Virus record (IMG/VR): IMGVR_UViG_3300010376_000072
Location: 1 to 39,839 of that record
Source: a virus
Taxonomy: Duplodnaviria > Caudoviricetes
Length of the DNA stretch: 39,839 nt
Reading direction: 5' to 3' (one strand)
The notes below the pieces were generated by a model, which was not told where the DNA came from, made no database searches, and saw only the letters and a program-made list of their open reading frames with translations. Position numbers and translations under genes: made by a program. Below, one piece after another: positions 24,948 through 34,668 of the stretch (positions within the stretch are counted from its first letter, which is position 1; each line of letters begins with the position of its first letter).

Positions 24948-27218
24948 GTGTCCGGCAGCATTGGCAACCTAGGCTTCATGGGCAATCCACTGCTGATGGA
25001 CCCCGCGGTCCAGTCGGCAATGAACCGGCAACTGTATGCCCAACAACTCATGAATGCGGGCATGCAGACCTCGGCCGTGATCTCGCCATGGCAGGCGCTC
25101 GCGCGCGGCGTACAGGGCGCCTTGGGTGGTTACGAAATGGGTGTTGGCGCCCAAGAGCTCGAGAAATACGCCGCCGGCGGACGCGAGGCCCAAGCGCAAA
25201 CCATCGAGCACTTGCCGATCTTGGCGCCGCCCTACATGGGCGTGCCGCAGGCCGCGCCGATCCAGCCGCAGCAAGGCGCTGGGGCAGGAGGGCCAGGCGG
25301 GCGCCCTACGCCGAACAACGTCGCCAACATCACCGTGCCTGGCGGCGCCGGAGGCACCAGCGGCACCGGTTATGCCAGCTTTGCTTCGCCCGAGGCCGGC
25401 GTACAGGCGACCGTCGCTAAACTCCGGTCCTGGGCCGATCCCTCCGGGAACCTCACGCTGAACCAGGCAATCCCGAAGTGGCAGGGCTATGATCTCGGGA
25501 CGCAGCCACCTCCCGGCTACATCTCCCCAGAGGGCTACGTCGCGGCAGTCTCCCGCGACACGGGGCTCGATCCGAACGCGCCCATCCCGCTTAACGATCC
25601 CGCCATGATGGGCCGCGTGGTCCAATCGATGGCCAAGATCGAGAAAGGCCCGCGGGTATTCGGCGGCTACGATCCGAACATCTGGCAGACGGGTGCGCAG
25701 GCAGCAATCAGCGGCGGGGGAGCTCCTCGAGCAGCGGCAGCGCCCGCAGGCGACGGCATCAGCATGTATGCCACCGCGGCGCAGCCAACGACGGGTGCAC
25801 CGGCCCCGGCTATAGCCCCGACGTCGCCGCAGGATGCAGCGCGCCAATACGGGATCGATATGGCGCAGCGCTACCGCCAGGCTGCCGCGGACGCCGCCCG
25901 CAGTCCTTACGCTGCAGTTCGCGCCCAGGTGCCTTACCTGCTGCAGCAGTCCGCAGCGGCGGCACAGCTCGGGCGCTTTCAGCCGATGGGCTATACCGAA
26001 GGCGGCCAGCTGCGCATGGTAGATACCTGGACCGGCAAAGAGGAAACGGTTGGCGCGCCGCTCTCGGCCGAAGCGCTGCAACGCCAGGACGATAACTACC
26101 TGCTCGCCAACTCCGAGGCAGCGCGGGCCGGGCGACTAAGCCCAGCGGAGATGCAGCAATACACGGCGATTTATAATCGTCGGCAGGACGTGCAGCCGCG
26201 AGAAGACCCCACGGCCGGCGGCGCGATCATCTACGCCCCGACACATCCTATCTCGGAAGCCATCTACCGCCCGCCCGGTGCGGCGGGTACGCCGCAAGGA
26301 CCATCAGCACCGTCCTACGCCGGGCCGGGCGCAAGCCCAGTGGTGGGCTCGGATCCCGTGGCCGCGCGCGCGAACGGTGTACCGGTGGCGCCCGGCAATC
26401 CCTACGCCGGGATGACTGCCGCCAAAGGACAAGAGGCGTTCCAGGCCGAGCGCACGCGGGCGCTTGCTGCCGCGGACAAGACGGACACAGATGCCGACGC
26501 CGCGCGGACTATGCTGACGGTGACCATCCCGCGCATGCGGCAATTGCTGAACCAAGGAGTATCGGCTGGCTCCGATCCGTTTCACTGGCTTGGGCGGCAT
26601 TTGCAAGAGTTCATGAATAGCGACGATTACGCCGAGTTCCACAATCTCTCGCAGGGCTTGATCAGCCAGATGCGGCTCGGCTCGGGCATCAATCGCATCA
26701 CGAACAAAGACATGAGTATCTTTGAGAGGATGACGCCGGGCGTTGAATATTCGCTTGGCGCGAACATGCGGATTCTGTCGGCGATGGAGCGCAAAGCTAA
26801 TATCGCGCTCGAACACAATCAGTACCTCCACGATTACGCCGATGCGAACGGCCGGATGACCGGCGCCGAGACGGCGTGGAACCGCTATCTGCAGGCCAAC
26901 CCGATCTTTGCCGCCGACGACAAGGGCAACATCCAGACCGACGCGCAAGGCTTTGTCGTCAATCCGACCATGGTCGATCGCTCCACATGGTTCGCGCAGA
27001 ACACCGACCCACGCACCGCAGAGCTCCTGCCGCGCGGCCAGGCGCCGGCACCGCCCGCGGCGGCTAGGCCTGCCGCACCAACACCGCCGACCAACACAGT
27101 GACCACGTCGGACTACCAGACATTGCCGCCGCCTGGTCCGGCAGGCGCCACGCTGGAGGCTGGCGATAAATCCGGCCGCAAATGGACCTCTGACGGCACA
27201 CGCTGGGTGCCGCAGTAA
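24948..27218 (+). CDS. Internal virion/ejection protein with a lysozyme-like domain
   Basis: NNVANI...YASFASPEAG...TLNQAIPKW...YVAAVSR-x-TG...P...IEKG, matching the NNPGNI-type virion muralytic-like domain. Confidence 0.7.
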   Translation: MSGSIGNLGFMGNPLLMDPAVQSAMNRQLYAQQLMNAGMQTSAVISPWQALARGVQGALGGYEMGVGAQELEKYAAGGREAQAQTIEHLPILAPPYMGVPQAAPIQPQQGAGAGGPGGRPTPNNVANITVPGGAGGTSGTGYASFASPEAGVQATVAKLRSWADPSGNLTLNQAIPKWQGYDLGTQPPPGYISPEGYVAAVSRDTGLDPNAPIPLNDPAMMGRVVQSMAKIEKGPRVFGGYDPNIWQTGAQAAISGGGAPRAAAAPAGDGISMYATAAQPTTGAPAPAIAPTSPQDAARQYGIDMAQRYRQAAADAARSPYAAVRAQVPYLLQQSAAAAQLGRFQPMGYTEGGQLRMVDTWTGKEETVGAPLSAEALQRQDDNYLLANSEAARAGRLSPAEMQQYTAIYNRRQDVQPREDPTAGGAIIYAPTHPISEAIYRPPGAAGTPQGPSAPSYAGPGASPVVGSDPVAARANGVPVAPGNPYAGMTAAKGQEAFQAERTRALAAADKTDTDADAARTMLTVTIPRMRQLLNQGVSAGSDPFHWLGRHLQEFMNSDDYAEFHNLSQGLISQMRLGSGINRITNKDMSIFERMTPGVEYSLGANMRILSAMERKANIALEHNQYLHDYADANGRMTGAETAWNRYLQANPIFAADDKGNIQTDAQGFVVNPTMVDRSTWFAQNTDPRTAELLPRGQAPAPPAAARPAAPTPPTNTVTTSDYQTLPPPGPAGATLEAGDKSGRKWTSDGTRWVPQ

Positions 27219-29821
27219 TGGCAGCAACGTGGATCATTACCCCACCACCAGCGCCGGCTGCAGGAGGCAGCGGCGCGCCTGACTACGGCGGCACCGTCAC
27301 CGCTCCCGCGCCCGGCGTGCGGCCACAGGCCCCGCCCGGGACCGGTGCGCCAGCTGTAGCCCCGTCTGCTCCAGCCGCAGCGCCGCCAACCGCAGCACCC
27401 CCTGGCGGCGGTGCGCAATGGATCATTACTCCGCCATCGGCCGTGCCTGCTGCGCCGGCAGAGGCCGCCCCCGCCGCGCCCCAAGCAGCCCCGGAAACGG
27501 CGGGCATGGTGCCTATGGTGCCGCGTGCCCAGGCCACGCCAGAGGTGCCACCAGAGCGCCCCGTGACCCCGCAAATGCTGCCCCCGCGCGGCGCTCCGGC
27601 GCCGGTCATGCCGCCGCCACCGTCCCAGATCCAAGTGCAGCCGCCGGCGCGTCCGGCAGCTGCAGCACCGCTCGCGCCGCCGCCGAACCTCTATAATCTG
27701 TACGGCGCAATCCCGCCGTCCGTGCAGCGTTGGGGCGACGTGACGGGCTATAACCTCGAGCGCGGCCTGGTGGGCCTCGGCGGTATGGCAATGGATGTCG
27801 CGGGCCTGCCCGGCTGGGCCGCACAAACCGCACTGGCACGCGCCGGCATCGCACCAGCACCGCCGTCCCCCTTCGGCGTCTCGCAGTGGATCAACCGGCA
27901 ATACGAGGCTATGCCGCAGGCGCAGCCACAAACCGGCGGCGAGGCACTCGCGGCGAACATCGCCAGCGCAGCAGGCGCGAACCTGCCGTTTTTGCCATTT
28001 GGCCCCGCCGTGGCAGGCACACGCGCGCTGATTGCACGCTACCTCGCAGAGTCAGCCGGCATGGGCGCAGGACAGCGCGTGGCCCAGGTGGCCCACGCCG
28101 GGCCAGTCGGAGAGGCGGTCGGTGCTTTGGTAGGCGGCCTTACGCCGGCACTGCCGATGGCGATCGCCAGGGGCGGCGTGGCGCTGGCGAGAGCGGGCGG
28201 CAAGACATTGCAAGACGAGCTCGCCGGCCAGCTTTTCGCGCGGCTCTCCCAGGCTCCGACCACGCTCGGGCCGCGGCTAGCCACCGCACCGCGTGTCGGG
28301 CTGCCCGCCGCGGAGCGCACCACAGCGATGGTCGCGCAAGACCCAGCCCTGATGCGGGCAGAGCTCGCGGTGCGCGCCACGCCGGGAGGGGCGAAAATTG
28401 CTGCCGTGGAAGCGCAGCGCAACCAGGCAATTGCCGATGCACTGCGGGCAATGCAGACGCGCCTGGCGCCGCTGACCACGGCGCAGCGCGGGCAGGCGAT
28501 TCGCGGCATCCTGCGCGAGCAAGAGCGGCTGATGACCCGACGAGTGGACGAGCTCTACGACGCGGCTCGCCGCGCGCCAGGAACGGCAAGCCTTCAGCCG
28601 GTGATCACGGACCTTGCGCGCCTGTCGCGCCAGCACTTCGGCCCAGGTGGCGCGCCGGCGCCGGCCGTGTGGAAGCGGATCCGCCAACAGATCCTCGATG
28701 AATCGCACCGCCCGGTGAACGCCGAGTTCCTGATTAACATGGACCGCCAGCTGGGCAATGAGGCGGGCATTGCGTCCGCCGCCGGCGATCACTCGCTCGC
28801 CTCCGCGTTGGGCGATTTGCGGGAGGCAGTCGAAAAGCTGAACCCAAACGCCGCGTATACCGCAGCGAAAACCTACCGCGCGCAGGTCGGGCGGGTGATG
28901 GGACGCGACGTTACTGGCGCACATGTCGTGGGCGAGATCATGAAGACTGACCGCTATGGCATGCCAACCACGCCTGACGACAAGATCGTCGCCAAGATCA
29001 TGAGCCAAGGCCCAAGTGCGGTGCGTCAGGTGCTGAACGCCGCGGACGAGGCAGCGCGCGCGGCCGCCCGCAGCGGCACCATGGCTGATGTGAACGCCGC
29101 CAATACCTACCGCGCGGCAATCCGTATGAGTCTGAAGGACGCTTTCCTGCAAGGCGCGGAGCGGCAGCGACTCGCGGGTCCAACAGCGACCGGAGCGCCC
29201 GGCGGAGTGGCTACCTACTCGCCGGCGAAATGGGCTGGCTTTTGGCAGAAGAACGAGCAGATTGCGCAGCAATTGTTCGACCCGAACGAGCTTACCACGC
29301 TGCGCCAGGTCACCGACCAGCTGGGCGAGACGGCACTGGTGCAGCAGACCGCCACTGCGAAGGGCTCCCACACCGTCCAGAACGCCCTCCATATTGCCCA
29401 GATCGCCGGCGGCGAAAGCCCGACAGTGGCGCACGTGCTCGGTGCCATCTTCCGCGGCCGGGTCAATCCCAACGATCGGGTAGGACGCATGGCAGTCGGT
29501 TTGTTCAATAAAGCGCCGACAGTTCTTGCCGCGCTAACGCACGGGGCGACCGGCGGCATCATTGCCCACTACCTCGGGGGCGAGAAGCTGGCGAACGTGC
29601 TTTCGGGACGCGCCGATGAAGCAATCCGTGCGCTGGCGCAGGACGCGTTCTCCAATCCAACACTAGCGAAAGAGCTCATCAAGAAAGCGACGGACGCCGG
29701 CTTGCTGCGGGTGCTGCAGCAGTCAGCGCAGAACGATGGTGCATTCGCGGGCCTGCTGCGCCGCGCGCTCACGGCGGCAGCCACCGCAAATGCAGCCACC
29801 GGGCGGCCGTTTATTCCTTGA
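27218..29821 (+). CDS. Large internal virion/DNA ejection protein
   Basis: 867 aa, with a Pro/Ala-rich N-terminus (WIITPP x2), Gly/Ala hydrophobic segments and a helical body. Last gene of the ejection block. Confidence 0.7.
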   Translation: MAATWIITPPPAPAAGGSGAPDYGGTVTAPAPGVRPQAPPGTGAPAVAPSAPAAAPPTAAPPGGGAQWIITPPSAVPAAPAEAAPAAPQAAPETAGMVPMVPRAQATPEVPPERPVTPQMLPPRGAPAPVMPPPPSQIQVQPPARPAAAAPLAPPPNLYNLYGAIPPSVQRWGDVTGYNLERGLVGLGGMAMDVAGLPGWAAQTALARAGIAPAPPSPFGVSQWINRQYEAMPQAQPQTGGEALAANIASAAGANLPFLPFGPAVAGTRALIARYLAESAGMGAGQRVAQVAHAGPVGEAVGALVGGLTPALPMAIARGGVALARAGGKTLQDELAGQLFARLSQAPTTLGPRLATAPRVGLPAAERTTAMVAQDPALMRAELAVRATPGGAKIAAVEAQRNQAIADALRAMQTRLAPLTTAQRGQAIRGILREQERLMTRRVDELYDAARRAPGTASLQPVITDLARLSRQHFGPGGAPAPAVWKRIRQQILDESHRPVNAEFLINMDRQLGNEAGIASAAGDHSLASALGDLREAVEKLNPNAAYTAAKTYRAQVGRVMGRDVTGAHVVGEIMKTDRYGMPTTPDDKIVAKIMSQGPSAVRQVLNAADEAARAAARSGTMADVNAANTYRAAIRMSLKDAFLQGAERQRLAGPTATGAPGGVATYSPAKWAGFWQKNEQIAQQLFDPNELTTLRQVTDQLGETALVQQTATAKGSHTVQNALHIAQIAGGESPTVAHVLGAIFRGRVNPNDRVGRMAVGLFNKAPTVLAALTHGATGGIIAHYLGGEKLANVLSGRADEAIRALAQDAFSNPTLAKELIKKATDAGLLRVLQQSAQNDGAFAGLLRRALTAAATANAATGRPFIP

Positions 29822-29929
29822 TGGTGAAGGTGGCTGCTCGGGCTCCTCGTATGGCGGCGAACTAGCCGACTCTCCAAGGACTTTGAGCAAACCAATAATA
29901 AGAGTGAACCAGAACCAAAAGAACATCAT
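29723..29929 (-). CDS. Possible small antisense membrane protein
   Basis: MMFFWFWFTLIIGLLKVLG hydrophobic N-terminus in a low-GC intergenic gap. Weak RBS, and the 3' end overlaps the ejection gene. Confidence 0.3.
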   Translation of the reverse strand: MMFFWFWFTLIIGLLKVLGESASSPPYEEPEQPPSPSRNKRPPGGCICGGCRRERAAQQARECTIVLR

Positions 29930-29940
29930 GGAGACCTGAG

Positions 29941-31101
29941 ATGCCGCGCGTAGGTGGCCAATACTTCCTGCCCAGCCCGCCCATGCCGCTGGTGCCGGGC
30001 AGCCTGGCGACCGCGGAAGATATGAATCTCATTTTGCAGGACATCGCCGGCGGTATTACCGAGTCGTTGGCAGTGGACGGCAGCACACCGATCACCGGGC
30101 CGCTGAATCTCAACGGCCAGAACATCACCGGAGCCGGCACTGTCAGTGCCAACAATCTTACCGGATCTGTGGTGACCGCCGGGAACTACGTCAATTCGCC
30201 AAATTATGTCGGCGGCAGTATGAATTTGGGCAGTTTTATCCAATCGAGCGGCGGCCGGATCATCAGCGAAGGCGTCAACAACAACGCCTCCGTGACGGTG
30301 TGGAACCCGGCAGCGAATTACGCGGCCGGCATGTTCGTCGGCGCTCCGACCGGGCTCTACTTCGGCGGCATGGACGGCCAAGGTAACTACGTCGGCCCGG
30401 TTTATGGGCAGTTCAATCCAAACGGTGATTTTGTCGTCCCCACGACGATTTATTGCGGCAATATCGTCGCCAATGTCGGCACCGTCGGTGGCGTCGCGAT
30501 GGCAGGCGGCAACCTCGTCACGCCGGGTAGTGTCCAGTGCAACTATTTGCAGATGGGCGGGGACGTAAATCTCAACGGCCACGCGCTCGGTGGTGTCGGT
30601 CGCATCGATATGACCAGCGGCGGCATCAATATGATGAACCACGACATTGCTGGTTGCGGCACACTTTATGTCCAGGCAGTGCGGCTCAATAACATGGATG
30701 GTACCGGAAACATCCATATATACAATCCAATAGACATGTCGAACACGAGCATTTATAACGCGTGGGATATCCATGCTAACGGTGCGTTCTACGGCTACGT
30801 CATTTCCGATTCGCGGTTGAAGCAGAACATCAGGCCCCTCGATGCCGGATTGGCCGAGCTGATGAGATTGCGCCCGGTGCGGTTCACCCTCGAAGGCCGC
30901 TCCGATGCGGGCCTGCTGGCCGACGAGGTCGCCGAAGTCATGCCGTACGTCGTGCGCGAGGCGCAGCGCCCTGACAGCGACGAGGAACCGGTCAAGACGA
31001 TGTCGCTCACCGCGGTGCCTGCATTGTGCGTCGCTGCGATCCAAGAGCTCGCGCGGGAGCTCGCGGCGTTGCGTGCAAAAGTCAATGGTCACGACACCTA
31101 G
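29941..31101 (+). CDS. Tail fibre with N-terminal virion-attachment domain and C-terminal S74 chaperone
   Basis: MPR-x-GG-x-Y-x-LP...N...DIA-x-x-IT-x-SL-x-x-DG N-terminus, then SDSRLKQNI...GLLADEV...P...AAIQEL. Confidence 0.85.
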   Translation: MPRVGGQYFLPSPPMPLVPGSLATAEDMNLILQDIAGGITESLAVDGSTPITGPLNLNGQNITGAGTVSANNLTGSVVTAGNYVNSPNYVGGSMNLGSFIQSSGGRIISEGVNNNASVTVWNPAANYAAGMFVGAPTGLYFGGMDGQGNYVGPVYGQFNPNGDFVVPTTIYCGNIVANVGTVGGVAMAGGNLVTPGSVQCNYLQMGGDVNLNGHALGGVGRIDMTSGGINMMNHDIAGCGTLYVQAVRLNNMDGTGNIHIYNPIDMSNTSIYNAWDIHANGAFYGYVISDSRLKQNIRPLDAGLAELMRLRPVRFTLEGRSDAGLLADEVAEVMPYVVREAQRPDSDEEPVKTMSLTAVPALCVAAIQELARELAALRAKVNGHDT

Positions 31102-31145
31102 ATAAGCCACGAGTTCCGCCCAGGCAAGCCCATAGCATCCCAGGG

Positions 31146-31175
31146 TTGCACGCGCCCCTGGTTTCCGCCTAGGCT
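31146..31175 (+). promoter_or_regulatory. Putative sigma70 promoter for a leaderless transcript
   Basis: TTGCAC-N18-TAGGCT, then 6 nt to ATG 31182 with no Shine-Dalgarno. Confidence 0.45.
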
Positions 31176-31181
31176 CCGGCG

Positions 31182-31700
31182 ATGGCCATAAACCCCCGGC
31201 GGATCGTCGCTGCGTTGGCCGAAGCCAACCAGCTGCTCGATGAGCTCGGCGCCGCCGCGGCAGACGAGCGGCTGAAGTGGGACAGCCTGGAAGGCGAGAC
31301 GCGCTTTTTCGCCGTGCTCGATCGCCTGGCCGAGCTCGCGAATGGCGACAAAGCGCTACTCGATGAGGGCACGCTCCGACTGCGACGCATCAAAGCCAGA
31401 GCCGAGAAAACGCGCGAGGTCATGCGCCGGATGCTTGCCGAGGTGGGCATGGGCAAAGGCAGCCTGGAGCGCCCGCTGTACACGGCCACCGTCTCTTATG
31501 GTGAGCCGCCGCTGAAGCTGATGGACGAGACAGAATTGCCGGAGGCGTTCATCCGGCACAGTCCCGATAGTCGAATGATCAAGGCAGCGCTGCTCAAGGG
31601 CCAGACGGTGCCTGGCGCGGTGCTCGGCAATCCCGAACCGGTGCTGACGCTGCGGTGGCGCGAACGCGAGCGTGGAGCCGAGGAAGAGGGGGCCGAATGA
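31182..31700 (+). CDS. Siphovirus Gp157-family protein
   Basis: DSLEGET, coiled coil, DETELPEAFIR...PD...IKAAL-x-x-G-x-x-VPGA-x-L, upstream of a recombinase. Confidence 0.8.
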   Translation: MAINPRRIVAALAEANQLLDELGAAAADERLKWDSLEGETRFFAVLDRLAELANGDKALLDEGTLRLRRIKARAEKTREVMRRMLAEVGMGKGSLERPLYTATVSYGEPPLKLMDETELPEAFIRHSPDSRMIKAALLKGQTVPGAVLGNPEPVLTLRWRERERGAEEEGAE

Positions 31701-31906
31701 GCGACGAAGAAGAAGTGCCGATGATCTCCATGCGACTGTCCGAGTGGCTCGGTCATCAGGCTCCAGACGTTCAAGGCATGATGCGCCAAATCCGCGCCGA
31801 GGCGCTGGAGGAGGCGGCGCGGGAATGCGATCTGCGGGTCCACAATGAGGCCGGAGCGTTGCTGGCTGCCGCCGCCATCCGCGCGCTGAAAGACAACAAG
31901 CCATGA
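31697..31906 (+). CDS. Hypothetical protein
   Basis: ATGA overlaps at both ends. Contains RAEALEEAA...AAAIRALK. Confidence 0.6.
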   Translation: MSDEEEVPMISMRLSEWLGHQAPDVQGMMRQIRAEALEEAARECDLRVHNEAGALLAAAAIRALKDNKP

Positions 31907-32988
31907 GCGACAAAAACCTGACCCGCGCACCGGCGCGTGACGATCTGGCAACCGCCGTCGAACGCATTGTGGTGGGCGGCGATCTGTCGCAGCTGACGCC
32001 TGCGGAGCGAACCAACCATTACCTGCAGGTGTGCGCAGCACTGCGCTTGGACTGGCGCACCAGGCCGTTCGACTACCTCAAGGATCGCTCGGGCAAGCTG
32101 GTCATGTATGCGCGTAAGGACTGCACCGAGCAGCTGCGTCGGCGCGACGGCGTCTCCCTCACCTTGCCCTCCACCAAGATCGACTCCGGGCTCTACGTCG
32201 TTACCGCGCACGCAGTGACGAAGGACGGACGCCACGACGAGGACATCGGCGCGGTGGCCATCGATAAGCTAGCCGGCGAGTTCAGAGCCAACGCGATGCT
32301 CAAAGCGGTGACGAAAGCCAAGCGACGCGTGACGTTGTCGATCTGCGGGGTGGGGCTGCCGGATGAAACCGAGGTGGACAGCATCCCCGGCGCAGTCCGC
32401 GTCGCCGCCGAGCTTCCCGAAGGGGCCGCACCCTCCGGCGGCTACGAGGCCCAGGACGTCGTCGGAGGGCCGCCGCCACCACCGCCCCTGCCAGAGTCCA
32501 CACCACCCCCGCCGCCAGGCGCTCGGGCTACACCGGAGGATCGCCGCCAACAAGCGAACGACCGCGGTGCGGACCCCTGGGTCCGCTGGGTCGATACCTT
32601 CGCCCACGAAGCGCGCCGCGTCGCCAACGCCGAGGAGGCGCACGCACTGCTCTCGCGCGATTCGGTGGTGCGGAACTACACCGCGATCCCGCACGGGTTC
32701 CAGCGCAACCGCTTCCTCCGCTTGCACAACGAAATCGTCGAACGCTGGATGCCGAAGCCGGATGAACCGCCGCTCGACTCTTCGGGGCCCGAAGGCCCGG
32801 TGGACTGGGACGACCCGCTGCGTGAGCTCCTGGCCGAGGTGGACCAAATGGACATGACCACGCTGCTGACGCTCGATAGCAACGCCGAATGGCGCGTCCG
32901 AGTGCGGGATGCGGCCGCGTTTCCGCCCGACGAAGACCGGCTGCGCCAGCATATCGCGGCGCGCAAGGCAGCGCTCAGGCCACAATGA
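31903..32988 (+). CDS. RecT/Red-beta-like single-strand annealing protein
   Basis: GDLSQLTPAER...C-x-x-L-x-LD...PF...GKL-x-x-Y...NAMLKAVTKAKRR-x-TL-x-x-CG...DETE. Confidence 0.75.
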   Translation: MSDKNLTRAPARDDLATAVERIVVGGDLSQLTPAERTNHYLQVCAALRLDWRTRPFDYLKDRSGKLVMYARKDCTEQLRRRDGVSLTLPSTKIDSGLYVVTAHAVTKDGRHDEDIGAVAIDKLAGEFRANAMLKAVTKAKRRVTLSICGVGLPDETEVDSIPGAVRVAAELPEGAAPSGGYEAQDVVGGPPPPPPLPESTPPPPPGARATPEDRRQQANDRGADPWVRWVDTFAHEARRVANAEEAHALLSRDSVVRNYTAIPHGFQRNRFLRLHNEIVERWMPKPDEPPLDSSGPEGPVDWDDPLRELLAEVDQMDMTTLLTLDSNAEWRVRVRDAAAFPPDEDRLRQHIAARKAALRPQ

Positions 32989-33254
32989 TGCTACCGCGCG
33001 AGCTAATGGCCCGCGTCGATGCCGCAATCGATGCCATCTCGCCCATCCTGGCGGGTGAAGACCCCGGCACCCAAGGCACCATCCTCGCCGGCCTCGTCGC
33101 GATGTGGATCGCCGGCTTTCAGGGCAAGCGCGATATGCCCACGTCTGACCTCAGAGCCGCGCTACTGCGCGAGCACCGCAACGTGGTGCAAGAGCTCATC
33201 CGTCTCTACGACCAGCTGAGAGAGCAGCGTGACCGGCAAACGGCCCTCCATTAG
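32985..33254 (+). CDS. Hypothetical protein
   Basis: ATG 32985 overlaps the recombinase stop. Helical 89 aa protein. Confidence 0.6.
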   Translation: MMLPRELMARVDAAIDAISPILAGEDPGTQGTILAGLVAMWIAGFQGKRDMPTSDLRAALLREHRNVVQELIRLYDQLREQRDRQTALH

Positions 33255-33465
33255 CGCGATGCCGTTCTGGCCGCGCTACCTCTCGCGCGAGGATGCCGCG
33301 GCCTATGTCGGCGTTTCCCCTGGCGTGTTTGACGAAGAGGTCAAGCAAGGCCTCTGGCCACCTCCGCTGCGGCGCGGCGAACGCGCAGGCCGGCTGACCT
33401 GGGATCGCGTCGGACTGGATCACGCCGCCGATCGCGTGGTTCCCGCCCCGGCAAGGGGAAATTAG
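33229..33465 (+). CDS. Excisionase/AlpA-like HTH protein
   Basis: PRYLSREDAAAYVGVS-x-x-x-F...V-x-x-G-x-x-P-x-P...WDR-x-x-LD. Confidence 0.75.
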   Translation: MTGKRPSISAMPFWPRYLSREDAAAYVGVSPGVFDEEVKQGLWPPPLRRGERAGRLTWDRVGLDHAADRVVPAPARGN

Positions 33466-33492
33466 AATTGTTAGAACAGAAAACTGCGGCAA

Positions 33493-33702
33493 CTAACTGA
33501 GCGGCCTGTAACGAGGCGGCGGCCTGCGGTCTTGCGCCGCCGCTTGCAGCGCCGTCGCCGCTAGCTCGATTACTTCGATCAGGCTCTGGACAAACGGCTG
33601 GCTAAATTTCATCGGCCCGACGCCGGCGCTGTCGAGCCGATACTGAACGTAGGTGGCGATCTGGCGGAGCTCTTCCTGCGTCACTGCTTGCCCTCCAGCC
33701 AC
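33493..33702 (-). CDS. Hypothetical protein
   Basis: Last ORF of the leftward operon. Confidence 0.5.
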   Translation of the reverse strand: MAGGQAVTQEELRQIATYVQYRLDSAGVGPMKFSQPFVQSLIEVIELAATALQAAAQDRRPPPRYRPLS

Positions 33703-34169
33703 AGCACGGCATCGAACGCGGCCCGCCGGGCGTCCGCCGCGGCTGGGTAGACCTTCTGGCCCTGCACCACCCGGCCCGCTTTCACCAGGCGAATGCGCCA
33801 GCCGGAAAGATGATCATCCCAGAACACCGTCACATCGGTGCCCCTGGTGCGCGTTTGCGTCACCCCGGCCCCGCCCTGGCTCCAGAGCCGCTTGCCCCAA
33901 GCGAGCCGGCGGCGCGCACGGCGCCGAAGGGGGCGCTCGCGCTCTCGCGGGCCGACGTAATCCCCTTCCATGTGCGACGCACAGATGCAGCCCACCGCAA
34001 GCTCGCCCTCATATTCGGGGTGCACCATCGTGTGGCTAAAGCGGATCTCGGCCACTTCGCACATCTCACACGTCCCCCTGTCCTCTTCGTCGGGGCCGAG
34101 GTCGGTCACATCGACGCACGTCCAGCCCTTGTGCGGCACGCCCTCCTCGCGCCATTTGCCGGTGCTCAT
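33681..34169 (-). CDS. Putative Zn-binding hypothetical protein
   Basis: GVPHKGW...CEMC...H-x-M-x-H...VGCICA. Confidence 0.65.
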   Translation of the reverse strand: MSTGKWREEGVPHKGWTCVDVTDLGPDEEDRGTCEMCEVAEIRFSHTMVHPEYEGELAVGCICASHMEGDYVGPRERERPLRRRARRRLAWGKRLWSQGGAGVTQTRTRGTDVTVFWDDHLSGWRIRLVKAGRVVQGQKVYPAAADARRAAFDAVLWLEGKQ

Positions 34170-34471
34170 TCCTCGGGCACGAAATCAATGCGGATGCGGC
34201 GCCCGGCGCCGTAGTCGAGGTTGTCATAGCTGCCGATCTCCGCATCCAGACCCGCCTCCGCGAGCAGGCCCCACACCCGCTGGGTCTCGTTCTCGCGCCA
34301 AATGCGGGCCGGCCAGTCGTCACGCTGATCGGCGGGTGCGGTGGCGGCGATCTCGATATGTACCCAACCGTAGGCACTGCCGCGGTCGCCCCACACTCGG
34401 ACTTTGCCGGCGCCGTACTCGAGTACGAGCACACGCTTGATGGCGCGGTTGCGCGCTGCGACCGGCATCAT
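34166..34471 (-). CDS. Hypothetical protein
   Basis: 101 aa, ATGA-coupled in the leftward operon. Confidence 0.6.
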   Translation of the reverse strand: MMPVAARNRAIKRVLVLEYGAGKVRVWGDRGSAYGWVHIEIAATAPADQRDDWPARIWRENETQRVWGLLAEAGLDAEIGSYDNLDYGAGRRIRIDFVPEE

Positions 34472-34668
34472 CCCTCGTTGTCCAAATCAATGATGCCCTC
34501 GGCCGCGCGGATGTGCCGCAGCGCCTTGTGCGTCGCGTCGAGCGCTACCTCGATCATCTCTTGCGTCGCCGCATCGGCGCCCATCCTGGCCGCGGCGTTC
34601 AACGCGTGCTCCGCAGTGCGCAGCCGCGAATAGACGGCAAACAGCCGCCCCTTGTCGGTCGGCATCAC
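34468..34668 (-). CDS. Hypothetical protein
   Basis: 66 aa, coupled to neighbours. Confidence 0.55.
   Translation of the reverse strand: MMPTDKGRLFAVYSRLRTAEHALNAAARMGADAATQEMIEVALDATHKALRHIRAAEGIIDLDNEG

Noticed and set aside
24969-31110. Long minus-strand ORFs (370, 307, 385, 394 aa) and similar shadow ORFs elsewhere
   Set aside because: They are antisense to well-supported genes, expected in high-GC DNA, and show no recognisable motifs.
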